NCBI GenBank assembly: GCA_051294375.1
Contig: CM119267.1
Location: 8,040,683-8,104,682, forward strand
Length of the DNA stretch: 64,000 nucleotides
Reading direction: 5' to 3'
Origin: Paraspadella gotoi
Taxonomy: Eukaryota; Animalia; Chaetognatha
Shown piece after piece: positions 28,226 to 43,200 of the stretch (its first letter is position 1; every line of letters starts with the position of its first letter). The translations under genes and the position numbers were made by a program. The notes under the pieces are model-generated. The model saw only the letters and a list, made by a program, of their open reading frames with translations, ran no database searches and was not told the origin of the DNA.

Positions 28226-30626
28226 CATCCAGGCGGCACCAGCTGCTTTGGTGGCAGCAGGAAAAATGATACATGATATTTCAGAGGCAGAGAAAGGATT
28301 AAAGCATCCCTCTGGGTGGAGCGCGTGAAAATTGAAAGGGTTTCGAGGATGTTTTTTTTCGCCTCTTGCGCGTGGAATTAGATACGGATAAAGTTTAAGA
28401 AATATCATCAATTAATATGAAAATTAAGGAACAGTTGATGTCCGTAGTGATATAAAATTGTCAAGAAAATCAGATGGTAAAAGTTTTTTCAATGAGAAAT
28501 GGCTCAACCTTTCTCCAGCAAATCTAGTTTGACGGCGTCCGTTTCGATCAAGGACCTAGGAGCTCCTCCAAGTCCCATAAAATGGGGTCAGCGCCTCCTA
28601 GCAGCAAGTGGAGATTTTAGACGAAAAAAAAGAGCAGCGTTGAGAGTCGAAGGACTTTGAGAAGGTAATTGAGAGTGGAATCTTAGTTGTGAAATGACCT
28701 CAATCAATGTTCTCACACTTAATTCGCAACAGCGACAAACTTTACCATTATAACTGAGTCACACCAACACCCCATCTCCCCCAACTGGGTCACCGCTCTG
28801 CCAACCGGGGGCCGGGGCGCCCTCGTCAGACAGAAATGAAAGAGAACCATCTCGCTCGCTCCAACCACGACGAAGCGTGAAGCTAAAAAATAAAAAAAAA
28901 AGAAAGATTAAAAAAATAAATTAGGGGACGCGGAGGAAAAAAAAATGGAGGACGAGAAAATTTCGAAGTAAAAAATTAATATTAAATTGAAAAACATAAT
29001 TATGAAAAATTAGGGAAAGAAAAAAGAAATGAGAGATTAAAATTTTTAAGGAAAAAAAAAAGATGTGGGAGCAGGATGCAAAAGAAATTTGATTGAGAGC
29101 CTAAAAAAAAAGTAAAGAGGAAAAAGAAAAAAGAAAGATATGTGGCTCTGGCAAAAAAAATATAAAAAAAAAAAAAAACAGAGAAAAGAAAAAAAGAACT
29201 AAAGCCAAATTATAAAAAACATTAAATTTATTTTATTATTAATTACTGCTGAATATACTATGTAAAAGCGAAAGTTATTTTTTAAAATAGTTTTTAAGTC
29301 TGGTATTAACTAACCTTTAACTAAAAATTTTCAAAAAAAAAGGAAAAAAATGCGAGACGCTTCACGGAAAAAGTTCTGGCGTCCGGAACGATATAATTTA
29401 CTTCCCAAAATAAATCCCCCTTTTTTTTATGCTGACGGGATAAACACAACATTCTCGAATAAGTTGTTTTTAAAAAAACACTAAAAAAACGAGAATGAGA
29501 AATAATCTAGAAAGAAAAAAGAGACCGTTTCGAAAATCGAGGGAGGCATTAAAAATCTATAAACCGGATTCGAGAAATGAGAAATAACGGCGGCGAAAAG
29601 CATTAATCATGGCAAAACAAACGTAAAATCAAGAAAACAGCCTTGCTGAGAAAAAAATAAGGGAGGTACACAGACGGATGAAAAATTTGAGGTGATAAGT
29701 ATGTGAAGGGGAGTGGAGTTTTTCTGGTAAAGAGTGTGAGACAGAGAGAGAGAGAGATAGATGAGAGAGTGGGAAAACACAAGGAATAAATCAAATCGAT
29801 GAAGAAAAAAAATTCACCTCCGGGGAGAAAAACATCTGAAGATTTGGGAGAAAAGAGCGACTCGTAGCAGATGATGCATCTCTAGAGAAAATTAAATAAA
29901 CAGTTTAATAGGAAAAGAAATAAATGACCAGCACATACTACCGTGTAGAGCGAGATAACCAGTTACTGCAGTATGCTGTAGAAGATGCTACAGATGCTGC
30001 AAATTCTATTGCAGGAAAAGAAACAACCGATTGGGTAAAAGGCTGCAGAAGATGCTGTAGATGACTATTGGAAGAAAAAAAAAAAAACAGCCGATTGGGA
30101 AAGAGGCTAACGAGGCGAAGGGAGAAAGATAAGAAAACAGCTCCAAGATACATTTGAGGCAACCGAAAAAAAATATTAATGCTTCATCCCTGGTGGATTG
30201 ACTTATGGGAAAGACGAAAACGACGACGATGACGAAAACGACGACAGTGACATTAAAGACGACAATGACGAAGATGACAAAGACGAAACCACGAGTCTCT
30301 TTTTTCACTTAAGTTTTTTTTTTTTTTTTTACTACTTTTACATCTTTTCGCCACCAACGAAAGAGAGAATAAGAGAGGGAGACATTTTATGAAAATCTTA
30401 AATCTTAAATCTTAATTTGTTGTTGCGACAAAGCGACAATCCCTCCGAGTTCAGTTTTCAACTTTCTCTGCCCAGGTCAACCACGAAAAATAGTATGGGG
30501 TAGAAACTTGTTCCCGTCTTGTTTCTATTTTTTCTCATCTTTTTTTTAATTATTTTTCTCTAATCCATTTTTTTCTCTCCTCCTTCTTCCCTGCTTCCCT
30601 GCTTCCTTCTTCCACTCATTTTATTT

Positions 30627-32152
30627 TTTTTGTGGGAGGAAAGGAAAAAAAACCATAAAATATGCGGAGGATGTAGGCGTGGCTTTGAAGTCTTTTTGAG
30701 CCATCGGTGAGAGATGTAAATACTTGTATGTCTACTTTCGATATTGTATCTAAATGGTAAGTTGGTAAAGTACGTGTTCCTCTGCAGCCTAACTTTTTAA
30801 TTTTAAGGATTGTCATCCAACAAAGTTTTAATAGTTAATTATTTGATAATATCATAAAATACGTAATGATCGTTAGTTCATTCTCCGGAGAACATTTCAG
30901 TTTAGGGAAAAGAAAAAAAAAAAGAAACAAAATGCTTAAACGGTGGTTGTACAGCGGTTAAACGAAGTCGAAGAAAGAGGGAAAGCAGTCGAGAGGGACT
31001 TTGGGGGGAAAAAGTTGAAAGGAGGAAGAGAAAAACCACTTTAAAAAAAATTATTTTCTTTCCTCCTCTCTTTTTCCTTTCTTCTTCTTCTCGTGGCGGG
31101 TAAGGGTCCTTGGGGAGGAGACGTTGCAAGGGATGAAAAAAAAAGAGCGGAAGGATTGACCCAGGGGAAGAGGGAAAGGATGGACCGGGAGTGGGGAGAG
31201 AGAGTGGGGGCGAAGGGGATGTAAGGATTACGGTGTGGAAGGGAGACAGGGGCGGAGTAGGGAAGATAAAGGGGGCGTGAGGAAAGATAGTGGGCGGTCC
31301 GTGCCATCGAAGAGGAGGAGACGCGCGAGACTTAAAATCTCCCAACGGAAATCCGCGAATATCGTTAATCCAAACTCGGAGACCGATACCGGGTTCAAAG
31401 GGGGTGAAAAGGGAAGGAGGGGGAATGAGTGGAGGGGCGGAAGGGGAAGAATGGGAACGGGGATAAGGAGAATAAGAAAAAAAACGATGGAAATTTTAAA
31501 GGTAGGGAAGAGAAAGGAAATAAAAGAGAAGAACAAGAAGAAGGAAAGACCAACAACGGACGAATGGCATTGACAGGTAAAGGGCTTCAAGATGAAAACA
31601 GTTTTCAAGAGAGGACGAAATGCCAAGAGGTGAAAAATTAGCGATACAAAATACAAGTATAAAATTAGGTGTAGGAGGATCTCTTTTCCATTTTATTTTA
31701 TATTTTTTTTACTAAGTAGTATCCAAGCCTAAACTGTATTTAATAATCGCCCAAAATTGCTCTGCAGAGATGCGATTTTTAGAGCAGTTGGACACAAGAT
31801 TCCAGCGAAAAGATTGAATCGAAACGACTTGAGAAACAAAAGCCAACTTTTTTTTTTCTCACTCCGACCAAAAGGTGAGAAAGATAGAACTCGGAACTCG
31901 AGAGGTTAATTGCGGCGGGGAAAAGAGCGAGAGCGAGAGAGAGAGAAAAAGCGAAATTATGTGTGATGCATCGAGACCGTCTCTGTCTCTGTCTTCACCC
32001 CAAAGTTTCTCCGATTCCACTCAATCCCCACACGAAGAGAAAGAGAGGGAGAGAGAGAGAAAAAAAAATCCTGGACCAAGTGGAATTATCGAATTTAAAT
32101 GGCACTCCTCCTCTTCCTCCTCCACCTCCCACTTTATTCCTCGTTCTCTCTC

Positions 32153-32229
<77 letters not shown>

Positions 32230-34389
32230 CTCTCCCCTTACGAATATCCTCACCGGCCTCGATTTCGAGAGGATTATGCGTTTAAGAAAGGATCAAAATA
32301 TGGCGAGAAATGCTGAGGCGAGGATTCGAATGAAAAGTGGGCGCGGCAACGTCTTTATGTATATATCTGGTTGGTAAAGCGGAGGAGCCGAAGCGAGTGG
32401 GAGGGAAATTGGGTCGGGTGGTTGAGATGAGGCAAGACCCACGTTTTATTAAATTGATTTTTTTTTCGGTTTTGTCAATTTTGGTTATGTATTATATTAC
32501 GTATTGTATTATATTAGAAAATAAAAAAAACTGAAGAGTTTAAAATCAGGATATTTGAACAGTTTTATTGAAAGGAAAAGAAGAAAGAATACAATTTGGA
32601 AAAGAAAAAAAAAAAGTCCAATTTTTGACCCTATTTGTCTGTAATTCTTAGTAAATGGTTAAATACGTAATTGCTCATTTTACTGTTGAGAACTTCATAA
32701 ATTATCTTTCATTTCGACTTCCTAAAACCGTTAAAAAGCGAATTAAAAGTGAGGTGGGATTCTTAAGNNNNNNNNNNNNNNNNNNNNNNNNNTTTTGTTT
32801 TGTGGGAGGAAAGGAAAAAAAACCATAAAATATGCGGAGGTGAGGCGTGGCTTTGAAGTCTTTTTTGAGCCATCGGTTGAGAGATGTAAATACTTGTATG
32901 TCTACTTTCGATATTGTATCTAAATGGTAAGTTGGTAAAGTACGTGTTCCTCTGCAGCCTAACTTTTTAATTTTAAGGATTGTCATCCAACAAAGTTTTA
33001 ATAGTTAATTATTTGATAATATCATAAAATACGTAATGATCGTTAGTTCATTCTCCGGAGAACATTTCAGTTTAGGGAAAAGAAAAAAAAAAGAAACAAA
33101 ATGCTTAAACGGTGGTTGTACAGCGGTTAAACGAAGTCGAAGAAAGAGGGAAAGCAGTCGAGAGGGACTTTGGGGGGAAAAAGTTGAAAGGAGGAAGAGA
33201 AAAACCACTTTAAAAAAATTTTTTCTTTCCTCCTCTCTTTTTTCCTTTCTTTTTCTTCTCGTGGCGGGTAAGGTCCTTGGCGGGGAGGAGACGTTGCAAG
33301 GGATGAAAAAAAAAAGAGCGAAGGATTGACGCCTGGGAGAGGGAAAGGAGGACCGGGATCGGTGGGGAGAGAGAGTGGGGGGCGAAGGGGCATGTAATGG
33401 ATTCACGGTAGGGTGGAAAGGGGACAGGACAGCGGACAGAAGTGGACGAGAGTGATAAAGGGGGCGTGAGGAAAGATAGTGGGCCGTCCGTGCCATCGAA
33501 GAGGAGGAGACGCGCCAGACTTAAAATCTCCCAACGGAAATCCGCGAATATCGTTAATCCAACTTCGGAACCGATTACCGGGTTCAAAGGTGGGTGAAAA
33601 GGGAAGGAGGGGAATGAGTGGAGGCGCGAAGGGGAAGAATGGGAACGGGGATAAGGAGAATAAGAAAAAAAACGATGATGAAATTTTAAAGTAGGGAAGA
33701 GAAAGGAAATAAAGAGAAGAAACAAGAAGAAGGAAAGACCAACAACGACGAATGGCATTGACAGGTAAAGGGCTTCTAGATGAAACACAGTTTTCAAGAG
33801 AGGACGAAATGCCAAGAGGTGAAAAATTAGCGATACAAAAATACAGTATAGAAAATTAGGGTGTAGGAGGATACTCCTTTCCATTTTATTTTATATTTTT
33901 TTACTAAGTAGTATCCAAGCCTAAACTGTATTTAATAATCGCCCAAAATGTGCTCGCAGAGATGCGATTTTTAGAAGCAGTTGACCACAGATTCCAGCGA
34001 AAAGATTGAATCGAAACGACTGAGAAACACAAAGCCAACTTTTTTTTTCTCACTCCGACCAAAAAGGTGAGAATAGAGACTACGAACTCGAGAGGTTAAT
34101 TGCGGGCGGGGAAAGAGCGAGAGCCGAGAAGACGAGACGAAAAAGCGAAATTATGTTGCTGAATGCATCGTCAGGAACCGCTCTGTGCTCGTCTCTTGCA
34201 CCCCAAAGTTTCTCCGATCCCACTCAATCCCCACACGAAGAGAACAAGAGGGCAGAGGAGAAGAGAGAAGAAAAAGAATATCCTGGACCAAGTGAATTAC
34301 TGCGATTTATGGCAACTCCTCCTCTTCGTCCTCTCCACTCCCACTTCCTCATTCCTCCAGTTTATCTCTCTCTCGTCTCTCTCTCCTCT

Positions 34390-34423
<34 letters not shown>

Positions 34424-34997
34424 TCTCTCTCTCTCTCTCTCCTCTCTCTATCCTCTCTCTCTCCCTCTTACGAATATCCTCACCGGCCTCGATTTCGAAA
34501 GGATATGCGTTTAAGAAAGACGTCAAATATGGCGAGAATGCTGAGGCGAGGATTCGAATGAAAAGTGGGCGCCGGCAACGTCTTTATGTATATATCTGGT
34601 TGGGTAAAGCGGAGGAGCCGAAGCGAGTGGAGGATTGGAGTCGGTGGTTGAATGAGGCACAGACCACGTTTTATTAATTGATTTTTTTCGGTTTTTGTCA
34701 ATTTTGGTTATGTATTATATTAGTATGTTATGTATTATATTAGAAAAAAAAAAAAAAACTGAAGAGTTTAAAATCAGGATATTTGAACAGTTTTATTGAA
34801 AGGAAAAGAAGAAAGAATACAATTTGAGAAAAGAAAAAAAAGCCAATTTTTGCACTCCTATTTGTCTGTAATTCTTCAGTAAATGGTTAATACGTAATTG
34901 CTCATTTTACTGTTTGAGAACTTACATAAATTATCTTTCATTTCGATTCCTAAAACCGTTTAAAAAGCAGATATATAAAGTGAGGTGGGATCTTAAG
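30627..34997. repeat. ~2.2-kb tandem duplication (30627-32767 / 32797-34997) across a 25-N gap; probably an assembly artefact
   Basis: Both copies run from TGTGGGAGGAAAGG to GAGGTGGGA(T)TCTTAAG. The second copy is full of 1-nt indels. Confidence 0.9.
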
Positions 34998-35759
34998 ACG
35001 TGCAAGGTGCAACCGTAAAGCGGTGGGGAGTTGGTTGCGGGACTCGTGGGCAGAGACTCAGCCGCGAAAAAGGCGAAAGAATTTGGTGTGAAACAAAAAG
35101 GATCACTCGGCGGTTGAGCCACGCCCACGGCGGGATGGCAGGGGCAGTGAGGGCGACGAAAGGCTATCGAAAGATGCGGCGCGTGAAGAAAAGGGGCGGC
35201 GTTCGGCGGCGGCGCGATCGCAGGGGCGGTCGGTGGATGGAGGCGAGGCGGGCGCCCGAGGGCCCGGACGGGGCCTTCTTATCTGCCTTAGACGTCACCA
35301 AGTATTCCTTGGGCAAAGAAGGAAAATCGTTGTAAGAAGAAATGGGAAGAGGGTGTTGGGGGGAAGTAAGAGGAGGAGGCAGGAGGAAGGAAGGAGGAAG
35401 AAAACAGGAGGAACAGGAACAGAAAGGAAAGGACAGTTGAGAATGCAAGGATTGAGATGGGAGGACGAGGAAAAAGAATCAGAAAGGATGAGAAAGAAAA
35501 AAGAAAATGCGAACAATAATGGCGAAAGTGAGAGAAGGGGGAGCAGACGACGTTCGTAAGAAGGTGCACTGAATAACATCGACGTCGACGAACGTAACGC
35601 GCTCTCACATAAATGGTTAGATCACTAGAGAGAAACGAGAGAGAGTGTAGAGAGGAGAGAGGGAGCGAGAGAGAAGCAGAGACCGCAGAGCTAGTGAGTC
35701 CTGCGAGACAGATTGACGTGAGATGAGAGAGAGGACACGACTCGATGGAGAGGAAAATG

Positions 35760-38700
35760 AGCAAGGCCTACTTAGTTGTACTATTCTTATATAACGCTCG
35801 TCGCCATTTGAAGGGGGCGACAGAATTTCGTGCGTGTATCTAAGAAAAGCGGTTACTCCTGCTATTTTTATTTTTGATAATTTCCCTATCAACAATAAAT
35901 GAGCGGCGAATTAAACAGCCGATCGAGCGGTGAACTGAGCAGAGAATTAACTCACAAACTCGCCGGATTCAAGCCACAGAGGGCGCTGAGCTTTTTCGCG
36001 CGCAGCCTACGAGTGCGAACGGCAATGGGAGGGCGTGTAAAGTGCGTGCGACGGAAAACCCTCGGGGGAATCAAAGTGAAAGCAACGGAAGCAAATGAAG
36101 CGAAGTTAAGGGCGGGAAAAACTGAAAAGGGAGAGAGAGAGAGAGAGGAGAAAAATATAAATCAGAAAGCAAGAGTTATAAAAGAGAGAAAGACAAGAAG
36201 AAAGAAAGACATGAAAGAAAGAAAGAAAGAACAGAAAAGAATAAGAAAGAAAGAAAGAAAGAACGAAGAAAGACAAAGAAAGAAAGGAATGGAGAACGAA
36301 AGGAAAGCTGAATACCTTATTCTTCTTCCTTGATGATGCGCGAGCTGCCCCTGCATTGCGCTGGAAACGATGTGGGACCGGTGAGTGCAACTGTAAGCTA
36401 GGATATCTTCGTCTTCCTATCGGTGTACCGGTCAGGGGCTGGGGGGGCCCAATCTTCTTCTGAATGTGACCGACTGTGACACGCTTGCGACATGTCACTT
36501 TTGATGCGACATTGCGCTGTGAACCATTGCTGCGACAGGAGTGTGACTGAGAGACGCTTGCCTATATGGTGCGATGGAATTTCTGATATGGAGTGACCGA
36601 CTATGTTTGTTTTGGTTCACGCTGAGAAATAAGATACAATTTGAATTCCATCCAGTTTGAAAGTTTTGGAGTTCTGATATGAGCAAGAGGAAACTATTTT
36701 TAATAGTTTTTTAGAATATCTTTGGCGCCCTATTTGTTGTGACCCATATAGTTCTGAACCAGATTCCAAAACGACGGCATGTGCCAAAATCGAATAGCAA
36801 AACACTCATATAAAAGTGAGTATCAGTATTGGGATTGTTGTAGTTTTTTTAAAGTTTTCATATTTTGAGATGGATGATTTGGCTCCATTTAGTTTTGGAA
36901 GGTTTGTCGATGGAAAAAAGGAAACTATTTAATAGTGGTGGTAGAATTATTTTTGGCCCGCTTATTTTTTGACATGATTAATTCTGACAAGACAAAACCG
37001 TCACGCACTGCATAATATGAAGATACATACACTAATATTAATAAGTGATACCATTTGGGAGTTATTCCGTTTTTTTAAAGTTTTTTATTTGGAATGAATG
37101 ATTTGATTTAAAAGGTGTAAAGGAGATATGCATATCTGACGCTATACAATGTTGCTTATTTTTCTTGGTATACCGCGATTGATTCCAGGTTAAGTAAGTG
37201 TATTGCCCCTACTCTCTTTCTTTAATAATTATTGATCTTTATTATTTATACTATATTTTTTTTTCTGCTTAATTTTTTAAAAACAGTATTATTACGGGAA
37301 TCGAACACGTCAGCTGTTTGGCAGTAGTAAAAAAAAGCTGAAGAAGCGATCGACAGGGTGTTGAATCAGCCTTTCCTTCATGTTTTCGATTCAAAAGAAG
37401 CTTTGTTTACGACAGTACCGGCAGACACATGATATGGTTTTTATTGGATAAGTAAAATGTACAGATTTGATCCATCATTGAAAGTGTTCTTAGTGTTCGT
37501 TTAGACCACCACGCAAGAAAACTATTTTAATAGTTTTTCAGGAATGCATTCTTGGGCGCGCCCCTACCTTTTTGGACAATATATTGCTGAAGAGCAAAAA
37601 ATCGTCAGCATCAAGAACAAACTACAGGAACACTGATTAGTAAAGAGCTGATACCCATTTCGGGTTTGTTTTAGTTTTTTTCAAAGTTTTTATAAATTTA
37701 AATGAAGAATTTGTAATTAAAGAGTCAAAGGAGGAATCCTAATGAGGACTATCATAAAGTTTTTATTTCTGGTATACATTTATTATGTTTAGTATCTATA
37801 TATATACATTATTTATGTACTTATTGGGAGAGAGAGAAAAGTGAGAGAGCGGCGTACTTAGTTGATCGTATTTATATCGCTGCGAGTTGTTGAGGGGAAA
37901 GAATGTCTCGTGTATCTAGAACAGGCGGTTACTGCTGCTATTTTTATTTTTGAGAATTTCCCTATCACAATAAATGAGCGGCGGAATTAAACAGTTTTAT
38001 TAGATTTAAATGACAGATTGTTATTAAAAAAGGCGTAAAAGGGAGGAATCCTAATTGACTATCATAACTTTTTATTTCTGGTATAGCAATTTTAGTTATG
38101 TTTAGTATCTAATATATACTACCTCCCGCGCCCTTATTTACTCTATTGGGAGAGAAGAGAAAATGAGAAGGCTAGTTAGTTTGACTATTTATTATCGGCT
38201 CGTTGTTGAGGGGGAAAGAAGTTTCGTGTGATCTAGAAAGCGGTGTACTCCTGCTATTTTTTTATTTTTTGATAATTTCCCTATCACAATGAAATGAGCG
38301 GCGAATTAAAGCAGCCGATTGAGCGCGTGGAACTGAGCAGAGAATTAACTCACAACATCTCGCCGGATTCAGGGCCACCCAGAGGGCGGCTGAGGCTTTT
38401 TTCGCCGGCGCCCGCAGCCTACGAGGTGCGAACGGCAGTGGCAGGTGCGGTGTAAAGTGCGTGCGGACGGATAAAGCGGCCTCGGGGACATCAAAGTGAA
38501 AGCAAACGGAAGTCAATTGAAGCTGAAGTTAATGGGCGGGAATGACTGAAAAGATTTGACAGTTCTAACAGAGACGAGTAGACGAGGAGAGAGGAGAGAG
38601 AGAGAGAAGAGATGAGAGAGAGAGAGAAAAAATAAATCAAGAAAGAAAGTATAAAAAGAGAGAAAGAAAGAAAGAAAGAAAGAAAACGAGAAGAAGAAAG
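35760..38700. repeat. Nested direct repeats (35760-36300 ~ 38160-38700, partial copy ~37830-37995; unit with AAACTATTT(T)TAATAGTTT core at ~36690, ~36920, ~37520)
   Basis: Shared strings such as GCGGTTACTCCTGCTATTTTTTATTTTTGATAATTTCCCTATCA...GAGCGGCGAATTAAA and AGAGAATTAACTCACAA. Confidence 0.75.
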
Positions 38701-39214
38701 AAAGAAAGAAAGATAAGAAGAAAGAAAGAAAGAAAGAAAGAAAAGNNNNNNNNNNNNNNNNNNNNNNNNNAAAGAAAGAAAGAAAAAAAGAAAGAAAGAA
38801 TGAAAGAAAGGAAAGAAAGGAAAAGAGCAGAAACAGTGTCGGTGAGAGATAAAGTGAACGAGTGTTAATTAATGATTGCGAGACATACTTTATAATTATC
38901 AATTTCTCTTTATCTTTCATTTTCTTCCCTCGATCTCTCAATTCCTTTCGGTCAACTTTACGATGGAACAGCTGTTAGGCAGTGACTGCCAGCCGCGCCG
39001 CTGTTGCCGCCTTTAACTTGGCCCTTTGTCGGCGCCGTTGCCGACGTCAGCTAACCACTGAAACAGCCGCTTGCCCGCCTGCCAGTCCGACGGCACACTG
39101 CCGCTTCTGTCACTCACGACAATCTGCCCCCGACACACTTCTGCCACTTCCCAGGCGCCGTCACCGCCTCCGCCTCCGCCGCCGCTACCGCCGCCTCCGC
39201 CGCCGCCGCCACCG

Positions 39215-39268
<54 letters not shown>

Positions 39269-40213
39269 AGGGTTCCTTCGCCTTCCGGTCTTTCCATCGT
39301 CTCTCCCTTCGCTCGGCGCCAAATCCGACGTTACAAATGAAAAGAGGGAAAACGTGGAACGAGATAGATTTTTCATGCGGAAATAGAATGGAGAGGTCGA
39401 AATAACGACGACGACNNNNNNNNNNNNNNNNNNNNNNNNNNNNNNNNNNNNNNNNNNNNNNNNNNNNNNNNNNNNNNNNNNNNNNNNNNNNNNNNNNNNN
39501 NNNNNNNNNNNNNNNNNNNNNNNNNNNNNNNNNNNNNNNNNNNNNNNNNNNNNNNNNNNNNNNNNNNNNNNNNNNNNNNNNNNNNNNNNNNNNNNNNNNN
39601 NNNNNNNNNNNNNNNNNNNNNNNNNNNNNNNNNNNNNNNNNNNNNNNNNNNNNNNNNNNNNNNNNNNNNNNNNNNNNNNNNNNNNNNNNNNNNNNNNNNN
39701 NNNNNNNNNNNNNNNNNNNNNNNNNNNNNNNNNNNNNNNNNNNNNNNNNNTGTTCCACTTTGTCTCTATGGAAGACAAAAAACCCTCTTTCCTCTTAAAT
39801 CTGCATAACACCGACTGACGTATAAATAGAGAGAGAGAGAGAGATAGAGAGAGAGAGGTGAAAGCAAGGAGCGGAAACGATTTCCCGTCTCCATGGAGAC
39901 GTTGACGTCTTTATTCTGTCGCCGAAGAAAATACTTTGGAAGGATAAACGCGCCTTTTTTTTCGCCCTGAATTCATCTTAACAAGAAAAAACCAAAGCTG
40001 AATGGCGTTTGGTGGGAGAGGGAGGGAGGGANNNNNNNNNNNNNNNNNNNNNNNNNCACGCTCCCGCAGGGTAGCTTCCGGGTTCACAACTGAAGGTGTC
40101 GTGCTTATAGGCGGGGTGAACTTAGGCAATGCCCCACTACAACACTCCGGAAGCAAAAAAAAAATAGTCACTTTTCCACGCCGAAAATAATTAGAAATAC
40201 TACACAAAGATGT

Positions 40214-40250
<37 letters not shown>

Positions 40251-43200
40251 CTTCTCTCTCTGCCTCTCTCAAATTCCTACAATCTTTGGACTTAAGACCA
40301 AAAACAGGAAAAATCAACTCTTCGGACATTAAAATCAGTCTCTTGTTCTCTGCAACAACAACTTATCTAATCCTAACACAATACCTAAATCGCTTATATA
40401 ATAACAATCGCTTTCTCGCACATGTTGAACAAAAATACCCTACATGCTAACCTGCCGAAAAACAACTCCCTGACTCTTCGCGCCGAGAAATCTTAGCCAA
40501 TAAAAAACTAAAATGTCTTCCAAACAAAGGACTCCTGCTCACAAGCCAGAAAAACACGTCGGCTTTAAAACTAAAAACTTCTATAGATTGCACCTGATCT
40601 AAATACAGAAGGTATATGAAATTATAATACTGCTGAAAATAATCCAGGCTCTACCACCGGAACCTCCGTTTCTACTTAAATACAATCAGAAGCCACCTTC
40701 AGTCCGGAAGAAACAAACACAGCATTTTGCTCGCCTTTTGGCAAATTCCTGGCTATGGAAATTGACGAAAAATGTTTTTTGCCAAAAAATATCATCTTCA
40801 AGAAAAAGATACACAATCTACAACAGAGCAAACTCACTCCCATGACTTTTTCGAACAAAAACTGTCGTCCGTCTCAACCACACTCCTTCTCAGACGAGAT
40901 TAGAACACTCCTCGTCCCGTCCCGCTGCCTAGCTTTGGTCGTGTCCACGAAGCCTTTCACGGCTCACTGCCTCTTTTGATGAGTATTAAAAATCAGCCAA
41001 CGCTCGGGGATCCTGATTATCTTGCCTAAAACACAGATAAAGATTTCAACTCCTGTTAAACCTAACAATGGCATCACACACAAATATGGTTTCACCTCCT
41101 AGCTCGAAACCACAACCATACTGTCTGCCCACTTACATTTTATATCAAATGTGTTGCAACCCAAAGATTATCTGTAGAAGACATCCGAGTTGCGATGATT
41201 AACCAAGGCTATACTCCAATCTATTTCAGAAAGGCCTAACATCCCGGTTCCACTGCGAAACCAAGTTGAATGTAAAAGTGACTTTTTTAAATTCCTTGAA
41301 ACAGAACAAGAATTCAGAGAACAAAATCAACCATGTTTCACCAAAGTCCACACATGACGGTCTTTACAGAAAAGATCCTTCGATGCTTATAGTGCCCAGA
41401 AATATGGTCATGGCTCAAACATAATGCCCTCATGAAATTCAAATATGTTTTACGTTGCCCGCGTGTGAGCACTCGCACAAAGACTGTGACAAAGACTTTG
41501 ACGATACCAAATGCTGTCCAACTGTAGGTGCCGCATGCTGCAATTCAAAATCTTGCCCCCACCTTCTAGAAGCACGGTCAGCCAAGTACTTATCTCTAAT
41601 ACTCACAGGCCCCGTCGAGTTCGAGCCAGAAGTCCCATACTTTCAGTGTTGTACAAAATAATGTGGAAACATGAACAAAAGACTTCAACATTAATGACTA
41701 TCCAAGACATCTGTCACTGCGTATCCTTAGTCCTAATGATTATGGGAGTAGGGAAGAGCAGTATCTAAGAAAATATTTAGCGTCAGTAAAAAGGTCAATT
41801 AGATGAATAAAGAAAAATCGATCAAGAAGCTGAAAAACTTTCTAAGCAAAAGCAGAATAGCAAAATGCCTTGCTGACTTCTTCGCAAACAATTCCAAAGC
41901 AACGAATTCTTTAAACAGACAAAATTCCGACAAATACTGCAGATAACGATTTTTGAAAATCTACTGTCCACCCAAGATGGTTATAGATGATGGCATTGGA
42001 TGGAGATATGGAACTCAATCACAAACTAATTCATTCAATGCAAAAGAACAACATGCGTCTTCTAAGTTTCAGAAAAATGAAAGAAATACAGCTAATGCCC
42101 ACGAAAAGGAAAATCAGGTACGACCACCTAAGCATTGATACAATGGCCTCTCAAAATTTACCACTTGCATTTTACATCGTTAATAACAAATGGCAGACCA
42201 ACACTCTTATCGAGCCTCCTAAAATTTAATGAAAATCTTAAAAGAGTTATATTGTTTATTTCTTTATTGCAATGATATAAGATGTTGTTCAAAAGACCTT
42301 TTTGCATTAAAAAACTCATAATCATTTTATTAATTCATCTGCTTACGGCTGCCACGGCGGTCTTGTATTTAATCGCCCTCTCCAGACCATTCTCCTGCTG
42401 CAGAAATAAAATTCCAACACAACCAAATGAAAGCTTAATTAATTGAAATATTATTGAAAGATAAGAGAAAAGTTTTACTTGCACTCTAGTATAATCATCC
42501 CTATGGAAAACTAAATGAAGCCCTTCTTTTAATAACTTTAAAACTGTATTCTGATAACGTAAAAAAAATGTTTTTTTTTCCTGGAAGCGCCCCCCACCAT
42601 TCAAATAGGTTGATCTTTCAAATTTTTTTTCATCCCATACAGAGCTTGGAGGCAGATTGATCTTCCCAGGCGAGAACAACTCCTAAACCTTTTATGCCAA
42701 AATTTTGTTAACCTGCCCTTAAATAACAAACTTTCCACCTACATCCAGTAAGTCTACCGGTGGGTAACAACGTGTAGATATACCTCACTTTAAATAAGTT
42801 TTTAGACAAAAATCCTTTGTTGCACTGTTCTTGAAGATGTCGTGCGACCATCTACCTTATATTGATCACCACAAAGTCCTCGCCTACCAATAAGTAAAAT
42901 TTATTTATTGAAATAAAACAAAACTTTTCAGATTTCCGAAAAACAGTGATTTAACAATTAATAAACTTTCAACAGAAATCTCTCTCAAACAGATCAAAGA
43001 ATATAACATCACGGAGTTCATCCCATAGTCATAGAATAATGCATACCAAACAATACAAAAACAAAAACAGTAAAGTCTTCATACATAATATCGTCACCAA
43101 CACCAGGATTAAGAAATTTAATCAAAAGAACAAGGTTACTTGGAAGAAAAATTTGGAGATGCCACTAAACTCGGTTTTCTTCCAAATCACTCTCTGCCGA

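Noticed and set aside
28509-28578. TRAF4 upstream exon candidate (MGLGGAPRSLIETDAVKLDLLEK)
   Set aside because: It ends in phase 1, incompatible with the phase-0 VYPD exon, and has no TRAF similarity.
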